64,000 nt of DNA from the human T2T-CHM13v2.0 reference genome, Homo sapiens. Where the stretch lies: assembly GCF_009914755.1 (NCBI RefSeq), contig NC_060925.1, one strand, 5' to 3'. The translations under genes and the position numbers were made by a program. Of the stretch, positions 14,188 through 27,860 are shown one piece after another (the stretch's first letter is position 1; every line of letters begins with the position of its first letter). Below the pieces are notes generated by a model. The model worked only from the letters and a program-made list of their open reading frames with translations, was not told where the DNA came from and did no database searches.

Positions 14188-14473
14188 ATTTTTTTTTTTT
14201 TTTTTTTGAGACAGAGTCTTGCTCTGTCACCCATGCTAGAATACAGTGGCACGATCTCGGCTCACTGCAACCTCTGCCTCCCGGGTTCAAGTGATTCTCC
14301 TGCCTCAGCCTCCTGAGTAGCTGGGATTACAGGCGCTCGCCACCATGCCCAGCTAGTTTTTGTATTTTCAGTAGAGACGGGTTTCACTATGTTGGCCAAG
14401 CTGGTCTTGAACTCCTGACCTTGTGATCTACCCAAAGGGCTGGGATTACAGGTGTGAGCCACAGTGCCCTGCC
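14188..14473 (-). mobile_element. Alu (AluSg-like)
   Basis: Antisense dimer with a small left-arm deletion; gtaattttt on both flanks. Confidence 0.88.
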
Positions 14474-17248
14474 GTAATTTTTTTTACATGTTTTTAGCTG
14501 TTTCTGTAAACTCCCTGAAGGTGGGAACTGTATCTTGTGCCCCTAGCATGATGCATGGCACATAGTAGGTACTCCGTAGACATTTATTGAATAAATGAGT
14601 AACTCATCAGATTTGCATATCTGTCAGACAGCCCTGGCTAAAGGGTGGAGAGGGGATTGGAGAGCAAGCCAAGAGAGATGATAGACAGCACAGTTAGGAG
14701 GCTTTCCCACCATGCTGGTGAAGAGGGAAGGTCCTGAGCCACAGTCGCAGGAGGGTGATGGAGACATACATAGAGTCAGGAATCACAGAAGCGGTGGGGA
14801 CTGGTTGGATGTGGGTGATTGTCAGAGGCAGGAGTCAGGGATGATGCCAAAAAACTAGATGAGTGGCCGATGGTTCATTGAAATATGGAATTCAAAAGAG
14901 TAAGAACGGGTTTTGGGTGCAGTAGAAAATGGATTCGGCTTTGCGCATGTTGGTTCTAAGAATACCTGTGGGCTATCTGGATGGAATGCCCAACAAATAC
15001 TTAGATTTATGGGTTTGGAACCCAGGAGATAGATCTCAGTAAATGATAAAGAGTTGAGAGTCATTGGCCTGTAGATTCATTCATCTACTCATTCAGTAAA
15101 TATTCACTTACTAACGTGCTTTGTCTCAGGCATTAAGTATACAGTGGTAAATTAAAACATTATTTTAGTTTTCACAAATATCACAGTCTAGACTGCTAGT
15201 TGATGACATGGAGGTAGATAAAATAACTTAGGAAATAGATACACCCCCCCCACACACACACACACACGCACACATCTGCACACACATACAGGGAGAGATG
15301 AGCACAGACCCTGGAGAACACCAACATTTAAGAGGTGGACACAAGAAAAGGGGGCAACCAGGAGAGGGTGGTAATTTGAATGAATGAACGCAAGGGTCTT
15401 CCCAATTCCCAAGTCCTTGCACCTAAATCACCCTAGCCTTTAAAATATATTGCTTGCTTTTTTGGTGGCAGGATTAAATTGCCTTGTGTTTACATTCACG
15501 CTATACAGAAATTCATGTTAGTTCATCCTTAAAATGAGGAATTTCAAAGATTGGAACTGAAACAAGTATCAGCCTGTAAGTCAAGTAAAGAAGGTAGGGA
15601 TGAGCAAGAGCTGGAGATCAACCCAGATTTTCCTATTCATCTATGAATTTCCTTGTTATTGTTCTATGTGTTTTAAGTCAACCTTAATGTACATTGTGGT
15701 TAGATTTCCTTTGCTGTGATCTGTGGGATAAATGTAATGTTGATGGTCTCCCTATAAGAAAGAGATGTTGTGGTCTGTTTTGCCAAGACCTCATTAGAGA
15801 ATTTTATTTATTTATTAATTTTTTAACTTCTCAGTTCTCTTAATCTAAGAGACAGCATCTTAGGTGCTTACCAAAGCCAATTGAATACCTGGGTGTGGGT
15901 GGTTTTGAGAGGTGAAATTTCTTGAGCACTTTGATGGTAAAATTTTGCCATTTTATTTCAAAAAGCCATTTACAATTATTGTCTATCCTAAAACTTGGAA
16001 CTGTTTCATCTCAAATACCATAGATTATGTGTTTGATATAAAAGTTAACTGAAATTTAAAAAAATCTCAGTAGAAATTTCTTATGCAAAAATCCAGTGTA
16101 ACCTAAAAAAGACAAGTAACTTGCAGGTCCATTTATACTCCTCCAAAACATGGCAACTTTTTGCATGTGTTTATGTGTATGACATTTAGTAAATTTATTG
16201 GTGGATATGCAGTGCCACAGGTAAATTTGCTTTCCCTCAGTATTGTATGAAATCTAGCTTTTATTAATAACAAATTTTGTTTATGGATTGTTATATATTC
16301 AGATTGGTCTATTTTCTTTTATTGCATTTTCTCAAGGTATGTTTCTTATGTCAAAGAACAATTATTTCAAAAATCCCTTCGGCCAACAATTTTTTGACCC
16401 AGATTTTAAAGCAGGGAAAGACTAAGCTGACCTTGGAGTGATCTCTCAACTAGACTCTACCTGTGTGAGAGTCATAGAATCAGAAAATTTTAGAGGTAGA
16501 GTGGGAAACTACATACCATAGATTATGTGTTCCTTGTCATTTATAAGTTCTATGTTTCTGAATGCATCATAAAATTAAATGAGTAGTTGGTGATCGACAT
16601 AATACCAGGTGTCTTAAAGGGAATTAATTGCATCCAGCAAAAATGAAGCAGAAACAAAGTTCGAAGATTAATCACTTTTTGAACCATTGATTTATTATCT
16701 TTTCTCAAAAAAATCAACAGACACAAAAAAAAATTTGGGGTGTATAAATAATCTGAATTTTTATTTGTGCTCAAAAGAATTTGTTTTCCTGTTTTGTGAG
16801 TTGGGGCTTGCTTTTTCTATTTTGACTTTTTAAAAATTCACCCTGTGGTGCCTCTAGAAAAGAACACCTTTAAATCTTGTTTGAGTTAAATGAATAGATA
16901 ACTAATTCCAATCAAATGTTTCTTTAGAGAATAATGTTTAAAAAACTATGATGGAATGCAGCTCTCCTAGTGATTCTTAGATATGCTGTTTTTATCCCAA
17001 TTGTTAAGGTCTTAGAGGTCACCCAAGGTAACTATTTATTGTAAATTGTCTTTTGTTTCATATTTCCGGTTGAATTTTTTTTAACCATTTCAAAAATCAG
17101 CTAGTTGTTGTACCATAGCTTTGCACAACCTTGAAATTCAAACCAAAAATCTATCTGCTTAGCTAAATGACTGTGCCCTCCCACATAAACCCCAAGGAGA
17201 GCAGAGAATGAGATTAGGCACCACATGTGTTAATCATAATGAAACTAA

Positions 17249-17638
<390 letters not shown>

Positions 17639-17851
17639 TGATTTCTAAGAAATTCTGCATTTTAAAAGAATTTGTTTTTGACCTTTAAAAAATGCTAATG
17701 CCCTCAGTATGAGTGACACAGTCTGGGATGATCATTACCAGTTTGTCAATAATCACTAACAGTGAATGAAGAGTACCTGTCACCATCTTGCTCCATTGAT
17801 CAAAGGCCCATTCAATTGATTGTAGTTTTGTTATGACATAATCTAGCATGC

Positions 17852-17904
17852 ACGCACACACACACACACACACATACACACACACACACACACACACATA
17901 CACA
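17852..17904. repeat. Interrupted (CA)n microsatellite
   Basis: Direct read. Confidence 0.92.
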
Positions 17905-18500
17905 GTTGCCTTCCCTTAGGAATCTGTTTTTTCTTATTTAAAAGCACAAATACAATGATTATGATGTTCCAGGTCCCAGTAAGAAGAAGGAAAAATAAAT
18001 ACCAAATATTAAAATTTTATTTTGTTTTACTCCTCCAACTACTTCAAAATACCACTTGTAGGTAAAATTTACATGGTTAAAATTGGTTTTGAGCAGCATC
18101 AGCCCTTTGTGGAATGAGCTGGAGTAAAAAGAAACATTTTCATTTCAGGTTCATACCCCCCATTCACTGTGTTACAGGCTTGCAAGATTGACTGAGTAAG
18201 CCAGTCCATCTCAGGGCATGACGTCAGGTCAAACAAGTCAAGCCATCCTGGTCCCAAAATCCTGGATTTTGTCTGTTCTTATTTTAGCCACTCATAGGCT
18301 AGGAGAGTCTTGAGAGCACAGAATGTGATACACAGTGTGGGAACAGGGGAGAATCTAATGACTACTGTTCATTTACTGTCTGCCAGGCACTGTCGTAGGC
18401 CTTAGTGTAAGGTACATAAGTTAATCCTTGCAATAAGCTTTTCAGACAAGAAATTACCCCATTTTTAAAGATGAGTTAAATTGAGGGTCTATATAAGTTA

Positions 18501-18827
<327 letters not shown>

Positions 18828-19327
18828 TTCAAATAGCGGATAAATCGTTAAGCTAAGTCTCTATAATGCCAGTATCCGTACTCTTAGACTGGCCCAAAGG
18901 AACTTGAAGAGATCTATAGCATGAGACTAGACAGGGAAACAGTGGGAAGGTAACTGTCGGGGTTAGAATTGTGGGAGTCAAGGACTCCCAGGTTGATGCT
19001 GAGGTATTCCAGTGTAGAAGAGTTGGAACCCTAAGAAATGAGACATTAGGAGCAGCAGGTCATAACTTGGAAGAGAGAGGTTGCTGCCATGGTATTGAAG
19101 CGTACTTAAAGTACCAACCGGTTAAGTAGACACTACATTGCCTTGTTAAGCTGGAGAGGATATGCTCCCCTAGTTATAGCACAGCTGATTAGGCAGTTAT
19201 TTGCCATAGACAAATAACAGTGCATCTGTATATATCTTTTTTTTTTAACTTCTTAGGACTTTTGAACACAATAAATATCTCACATTTTCTTGTAATTTTA
19301 ATAATAACCGTAATATGGGGAGTATTT

Positions 19328-19437
<110 letters not shown>

Positions 19438-20311
19438 CAGACCATACCAGTCATAGTAGCATTATAGGAAAATACATTCATTGAGCCCTCACTGGGATCT
19501 AAAACATAGCCTTAAAGAGTGAAATGAAAATCCTTTTAAGCGTAAGATTGGAGCACTAGCCATTTTATTCTGCCCTGGATGCTGCAATTCTTACATTTAG
19601 TCCTCATTACCATCAGCCTTCCCAGGCCTGGGGGTTGTATGAGAAGGCCCACACAGTACAGAATCACCCCCAGCCTCTCCTCCTCCTTCCACTCCCTGTC
19701 TTTCCTTTTAAGGTCTTATATCCCAAAGCTTATCAGTTCCAAGTTTGAGTAGAACTCTGGTCAGTCTAAGATAGCTTGGCTGCCAAATGAATTCTAAACC
19801 TGCCTTCAAGACTGCCAGAGATTATGGCTGAACAGGGATTGAGTTTGCAGAGGGACCTGGACTTGTTTCCTGTCCCTGCTTAGGGGGTTGCTTAGCCAGT
19901 GCCTGGCATCATGAACATCCTTTGGCTCTCAAATGCTTTTTGATTCTGCACACTGCTGTGTAATCGCTCTGGGACTCACTCACACATGGCCTCGTGCTGA
20001 CGGAAACTGTTTGGCAAGAGTGGGTCTGGGCTGTGTCAGCTCGATCATGGCTTCAGGCCAAACTAGTCGACTGTAGTCAGGAGACCCCTTTTTCTTAGAG
20101 ATAATCTAGGTTTGTCGGGGTATATTTCACAAGATTACCTTGGCTGCCTGGGTAAGGATCCCCAGCTCAGGTTTCGTCACCTACGCACCCTCCTGAAAGG
20201 CTTAACACTCAAGCCGCATGCTGGAGTTGAAATCCCTCAGCATTGCCTTGCAAGGCTGCCCTCTTCCTTGTTCCCCCATGTGGGAAAAGAGAAGCAACCG
20301 TTTCAGAACTA

Positions 20312-20716
<405 letters not shown>

Positions 20717-20759
20717 TTAGCCCTGTTAGGAGTGTGATGTCATATAATATGAAAAATTA

Positions 20760-20910
20760 GAGTAGCTAGCATTTATCAAGCATATACCATGTACCAGGCA
20801 TTGTGCTGGGTACTTTGTAAGCATTATCTCATTCAATCCTCCCATGGTTGGTGTTACTGTCCCTTTTTATAGATGGAGTCTGTGATGCTCCAAGAGGTTA
20901 AGCAACTTGC
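20760..20910 (-). mobile_element. MIR fragment
   Basis: agctagcatttatcaagc...gaggttaagcaacttgc. Confidence 0.7.
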
Positions 20911-21169
20911 TCTTTTTCCTTTATTCTACTCAGCTAGCTGACTGCCTACCTTTTCATCAAAACCTCTCCTATAATTGCATTATAGAACTAAATAGAATCC
21001 AAGGATTCTGTGCTTTTATTGAATAATCAGTTCTTGTTGATTTGATACACTTTTAGCTTATTAATTTGTGCATTAAAAAAAGGTTAAAACTATTTTCATG
21101 TAAACCAAAGCAAGTAAGATACTTAATTAATTTTTTTTCCTGGATTTGTTTTTAGGTGTGAGTTTGTTT

Positions 21170-21550
21170 TTAATTAACAGACTTTATTCTTTTTTAGGGC
21201 AGTTTTTTAGGTTTACAGTTTTAGGTTAACAGAAAGTACAGAAGTCCCGTATACCCCTCCTCCAAAACAGTTTCCCCTATTGTTAACATCGTTTGTTAGT
21301 GTGGTACATTTGTTAAAATTCATGAGCCAGTATTGACGCATAATTAATAATTAAAGTCCACAGTTTACCTTAGGGTTCACTCTTGTACATTCTGTGGGTT
21401 TTGACAAATGCATAGTGATGGGTAGCTACTATTATGGTATCATATGGAATAGTTTTACTGCCCTAAATATCTCCTGTTCTCCACCTATTCATTACCTCCC
21501 ACTCCCCACCACTGATCTTTTTACTCTCTCCATAGTTATGCCTTTCACTT
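21170..21550 (-). mobile_element. Old L1 (L1MC/L1MD-like) 3' end
   Basis: gtggtacatttgttaaaatt...ttagggttcactcttg...gggttttgacaaatg. Confidence 0.7.
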
Positions 21551-24500
21551 AGATGTTTTTGATGGTCTCAGTGTCCTACAATCTCTGACTGTTTTGCAGA
21601 TTTCTTCTTAACCTTCTGTTATCTATCCCAGCCCCATCCAGTCCCCTGCAATTATACCTAATTATGACTACTTACATGGGCTGAAAATTTCACAGTCATC
21701 ATTAATGATGGCTTAGGTTGAGATTTTTCTCCCTTTCTGGATCTTTAGTATTCGATTTTTAAATTTGCTAATACAAATATTTACTTACACTAGGTTTCCA
21801 GTTAGTTTTTGTTTTTCATTTTCTTCCTTTTAAATGTAAGAGAGGAGGGAGGTGCTATTTCAGTATTTCCTCATGTGGATTCACTGAAATAACTATGTCC
21901 TAAGTGTGTTGTTTTTAATAGCGTTACTACCAAGGTGGCAATGGCAGAGAAACTCAGGAGAAAGCTGCTGGCTTAGCCTCACAAATTCAGAGGTGAGGGA
22001 TGAGGCAACAAGGATGCTTGCCATTGAATTATACTGATCAGATACATGAACCTGTTGGAATCAGGGACTCCTGCTGGCCAACTGAAGCTGCAATCTTCCG
22101 TGAACTCCCCTTTCCTCCTTGCCTCCTGCCTACCACCTTTTAATTTTTTTTTTCATTATCATCTAAAGTCCACGAAAGGCAAGAATGGAAAGTTCTGCTT
22201 CCATGGCAAAGAAAATACTGTAGCATAAAAATCTATATTTGTTCTCTTGCTAGTTTTTCCCCCATGTGGTAGGACCATCTGAAAGTAGCTCAATTATTTA
22301 TTGCCTTGTTCCAGGGGAGGAGGAAAATACAGACCACTAGATGCTGTGCCAGAGAGAGAGAGAGAAGTATTCTCTGCTTTGGGGAAGGGGGTTTTACAAG
22401 TGTTAACAATGTGGTTCAGAATCACTAAAGTTGTTTTAGCATAATACTATGAGGAAAGAGACAAGAACCATCTGTTGAAATGGCTCTTACATGATGCTGC
22501 ATTTTCAAACAAAGCCTTCTCAAGGCATTTTTAGATTGGTCTCTTTCCCTTGAAGTTGCTACAAAGAGAGCCCACTCTACTAGCTGCTAAGTGATGCTGC
22601 TTAGATAGCTCTCTCTGTCAGCACCCACTCTTTTGTTTATTTTGCGCTAGTGTTTTCCTCAAAGTATGAGTGCTAAGGCTGTCAAATATCACTCCTGGTA
22701 GGAACCCAGAAAGTTCTCCTGAAAAATCCACTACTTCTGCCCATTTCCTTCCAAATTGCTGACTCTATTTTACTTGAAGTTGGTGGAGTGACTTCGAAAC
22801 CCTAACTACTTCACTGGGAAAGAGGAAAACCGCAAATACACACACAGGCCATTGTGACTCTGGCCTGGTGGGCTCTAATTTTCTAGCGGCGGTTTGTACA
22901 CCCAAGCCGGCTGCAAGGGTTAAGTAAACTTCGTGGCTAAGGATGACTTCATGGCCCTGGAATTTTGAAAAGCCAGGATTCTCAGTACACTGTGGCCAGC
23001 CTTAGAGTCTTTGGGTGTGAAAACCACTCTCAGTTACCCGGACTGATTTTTGGTTCCTGTTGCAGTGCTGCAGAATCTATTAAAATCCGGCAGCTGAATT
23101 GTCCTGGCTCTGCCACAAAGCTCAGCTGCCGGGTCCACTACAGGATTCCTGAGTTGTTTGTCAATGGAGAGTGGGAGTGAATGGAACCAGGCATATGCCT
23201 CAGCCTGGCATGAGGTGGCACCCTAGTGGCTGTTTTCTGCCTTAGAAATGTGCGCTCTTTCTATATTTTCACACAGGAATTGTCATTAACATCCAAATTG
23301 CAGTTCATTTCTAAAGTTCTTTTTGAAGTCTCTGGGTCCTTGTTACGTTTTCAAGTACCCATATTCAGATGCTTAGATTTTCAGGCTAGTAATTTAGTAA
23401 GAACTATTGGCAATATTCTAACCTGACATGGTGGAACTTCTAAGACAGAATGAACTCGGCTACAAGGCACAACAAGAAAACGAAACTCTTGGGTAGGAAC
23501 AAGCCCAAACTTGAAAATACAAAATGTTCTTGCACAGAAGGACTAATGAGGAAATGGGTGTAGGATAAGAAATTCCAGACATCCAGTCATTTGGGGTGCC
23601 ATTTAAACATTCGCAGTACTTTAGATCTTAATTAAAGTGGGATAGATTTAAAACTTTCTTTCTAAACTAGTGGCCTGTTGGTTTTCCTGTGTTAAGTAAC
23701 ACGATAGCTGTGATCATTGCATGGAAATTAATTTTTAAAATAGCTTATATTCTTAAGCAAGATCTTCTTTCAAAAGAAACCATTTGGGCTCGAGCATTAA
23801 AGGAAGAAACAAAAAGAATATAATAAAAAATAGATTGCAGCCCTAGCATGAACAGTTGCCGTGACCTTGCCTTTTGTTTGCCATTACACAATTCAATGGC
23901 AGTCTACTCAAACTATGTGCTCGATCAATATCCTATTAAAGCAGCACAAAAAGTCTCCATAAACTTAGTGGTTAGCTATGTTTATAAATGGAACTCGGCA
24001 TAATTGGATGGTCAATAGCAGGCTCTACTAGTAATTTTAAAATGAACGTCACACATTTTATATCTGTAGAAGTCAATGGCACCTCTTCTAGAGTGAAGGT
24101 AGAGTGTGGAGCAGACAAAAGAGTGGGTGGCCCTTTAAAAAAATCATAATGTCTATTTCCAAATGTAGTTTTTAAAGAAAATCTAAGTTATGGAAGAGAA
24201 AATTCTGATTGGCCCCTATATATTTTTATTTTGCCTATCTGAACCACCTTCTTCTGAATATATTATGACTTTGCAAATGTTACATTTTCTAGTTTTAATC
24301 AACCCCTCATAGAGAGGTAAAATAATAAATATTGCCATACTCGTAGGAAGAAAAATAACAGTCTGGCTGGCTTAATTCAGCCAGCTTCCTCTACTATAAT
24401 TCAATAAATTTTCAAAATAAATATTGAAATTGAATTAGTTCAGGAGGATGTTTTGTTGTATGATTTTTTCCTTTTAATTTTCTTGACATGTTTGGGGTGA

Positions 24501-25827
24501 ATATTTGGGTAGTAAAGCTGGCAGCAAGTGCAATGGACTGGTAGTAATAGAAATTGTCGTCAAACTACGCTTTCTTCTGAATCCTAGCTCGCAGTATGGG
24601 TGGCCAAGCTTGATTTTTTTCCTATCCTACCCTCCTCACCTAATGAAGCCATGTAAGGTGAGAGTATCCCCACCCTTAGACTGACTCTGTCCTCAGCCGA
24701 CTCAGCCCTATGAATTAAAAGGTGCATATACCTTGTGTTCGATATGTGCCCTGGCTGTTGTCATGGACCACTGAGCTGTTGAAATTAGAACTATGGCAGG
24801 AATACGCTTATGACATTAGTGTATCCTTCAGTCACTGCTCTGCATGAAGGTCTAGTCCTTTCTCTTACATGCATACTCCTACAATCTTCCTGGTTAGAGC
24901 TGGCAGTGAGAGTTCTCATGGCAGAATTTGGGGCCGTTTTGATCTCTGTTCTCAGCTGAAGCTTCTGATAAATTTACCAGACTATGAATACTCTTATTAT
25001 AAAGATTTGAACTGGGGAGAAACACAACATACCCCTTGATGTACATACTAATGTGTTGTCATGGTCTCTATTCGTATGTTCATCTATTTCTAGGTCATTC
25101 ATCAGTTATGCTTTCTATGTGTCAAGTATAAAACCTATATTCAAGATGGCAGCATGATATTGTAAAACAGTACAGGATATAGAGTTGGGGAATTGAGCTT
25201 TGCAACTTATCAACTCTATAGCTTTGGGCAATATTTAACCCCTCTTGGCTGTGTTTTCTTCTAGGTTACAATCATTTATTCATTGAGCAAATGTTTATGA
25301 AGTCCTAACTGTGTGCTGAGTCTAAGTCCAAGTACTGGAAATAGGAATACCTCTCAGGAGTGTAATGAGGGTTAAGTGACAGATAGTCTAGTGTCTGCCA
25401 CATAGTAGATGCTCAACAATGATAACCACCACGATTATTGAACAGAGCCTCAGCCCCTGATCGTTCTTCACTGTGTGCTCAGAGCCAATCTTGGAGCTGA
25501 CCTCTATCAGTAAATTTATTGAAAATGCATGTGTGTGTGCGTGTATAAATTAAGAAGGGCCAATTTTAGAATTCATGTTCTAACAACCAATTATTAGAAG
25601 AGCCACTCTAGTGACCCTTACGGAGTTAGTAATTCCAATAGAGTAAGAGCATGCCAATAGTAGACCTCATTCCTCTGTTTTGAGCATTGTTTTTCCTCAA
25701 ATTTTCAGAAGATTCTTTTTCCTCAAATTTTCAGCCAGAGCCTGTGTTTCTGCATTATTCTAGAAATTGTTCTCCTAGGATATCTCGTGGATAGCAGAAT
25801 GTTTTAAAATTCTCAATCTAACACTGA

Positions 25828-26171
<344 letters not shown>

Positions 26172-26299
26172 CATGTACCAGCATTCTTAAAAGTAGTACT
26201 TAGTTTTACAGTATTTTAAAATTTTGCTTTCACTCATATTATGAGCAAAAATTCCCTATGAATGGCAGAAGCATGCTACAGGTCATTACTGACAATGTG

Positions 26300-26597
26300 G
26301 TTTGTTTGGGTTTTCTTGAGACAGAGTCTCACTCTGTTGTCCAGGCTGGAGTGTGGTGATACAATCATGGCTCCCTGTAACTCCACCTCCCAGGCCCCAG
26401 GGATCCTCCCACCTCAGCCTTCCCAGTAGCCGGGACCACAGGCACGCGTTGCCACATCCAACTAATGTTTGCATTTTTTGCAGAAGTAGGGTTTTGTCAT
26501 GTTGCCCAGGCTCGTCTCGAACTCCTGGGCTCAAGAGATCTGCCTGCCTTGGCCTCCCAAAGTGCCTGGATTACAGGCGTGAGCCAGTGTGCCCAGC
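26300..26597 (-). mobile_element. AluJ
   Basis: gatcctcccacctcagcc and ctcctgggctcaagagatc J-type features. Confidence 0.88.
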
Positions 26598-27649
26598 TAA
26601 TAATGTGCTTTTTAATAAACCTTTATTTATGCACTCATAAGCCTCAACTTTTTAATGGTGGATATTCATATCCAGTAGTAACACTGAAAAACTAGAAGGG
26701 GTTTTTGTGACCTCCAAAGCTTGAGAGAAATCCTATATTACCCTGCAGTAGGGCCACAAATATTATTGAGATTTGGCTGGAGTACATTATCATAGCTAAC
26801 TCTTGCCGAGTAGAAGGGCTGTTGGTAGTGACCATCTTAGCATGTCTAGAATGGGGCCGGTGGAGTCCACATTCAGCAAAACCACACATAGGTCAAATAC
26901 TGGAACTGAACTAATCCAGTGTGTGGTTAATATGAGTACATGTTAATACCCAGGATTTTTCACTAGGTGGAGGAGAAAAAAAATGAAAGTTATTGGTGGA
27001 AATATTGAAAACTATTTTTTTTTTTTGTAAACAGCTGAATTAGTCAGTTGTTGGGATGGGACTCTGTTGATACGGTTTGGTTTCCTAATAGCTAATGGTC
27101 AAGTAGTCCCAGTGCACTATTGGTTGTGGGGCTTATGTTTAGCTTAGCCCTTCCCTGGTTTATAGATCACTGTGGCAAAAAGACCTCTTAGGCCATCAAA
27201 TCCCATCCCTGTCAGAGAAGACTTAATCCCATGACTGAGGCTGTATCAGATACTAAGCAGGTACCACATTTGACCTCAACCAAAAGCTAAGACATGATGA
27301 TACTCTAAAATGCAGAAAATCAATTTCAGCCCCCAAAGCAGAAGGCACTAATGCAGATCAGTCAGCATTGCTAACCCCTCTGTGGACTGCTCTGTTAGAC
27401 CAAGTGGCAGGGCCCTTCATCCAATGGAACTCTTGCTGACGCTTATAAAGTTTAAGACCTGCAAAAGCAGAGAGGCGAGAAGGAGAATGATGAGATAGAA
27501 GTTTTGCCACATAAGTGTAGGCGATAATTATTCTTCTATTTAAACGTGTTGAATATATCTCCTTCATAACTGATGACAAAGGAAAGACAGCAGCACTAGA
27601 AATGTGAATTTCACTCCTGTTTCTTTGAACAGATATCTAGGAAATATCT

Positions 27650-27860
27650 ACATTCAAGCCCTTCTTCTGTCACTTACTTAGTTGCATGATCTTGACCATG
27701 TTACTTAACTCTCAGCGTAGTTTCTCATTTCTAAATGAGAATAATATAAATACATATTCCATAGGGATAATGCAAAGATTAAATGAGATAATTCAGGTAA
27801 AATACCTAGCACATTGCCTGGCATGTAATAAATGCTCAATAAATATTAGCTCTTAGCTAT
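27650..27860 (+). mobile_element. MIR
   Basis: cacttacttagttgcatgatcttgaccatgttacttaac...gcctggcatgtaataaatgctcaataaat. Confidence 0.8.

Noticed and set aside
19776-19786. TTGGC-t-GCCAA as an NFI autoregulatory site
   Set aside because: Half-sites are 1 nt apart; the canonical NFI site needs TTGGC-N5-GCCAA. I found no correctly spaced full site by eye, though the scan was not exhaustive.
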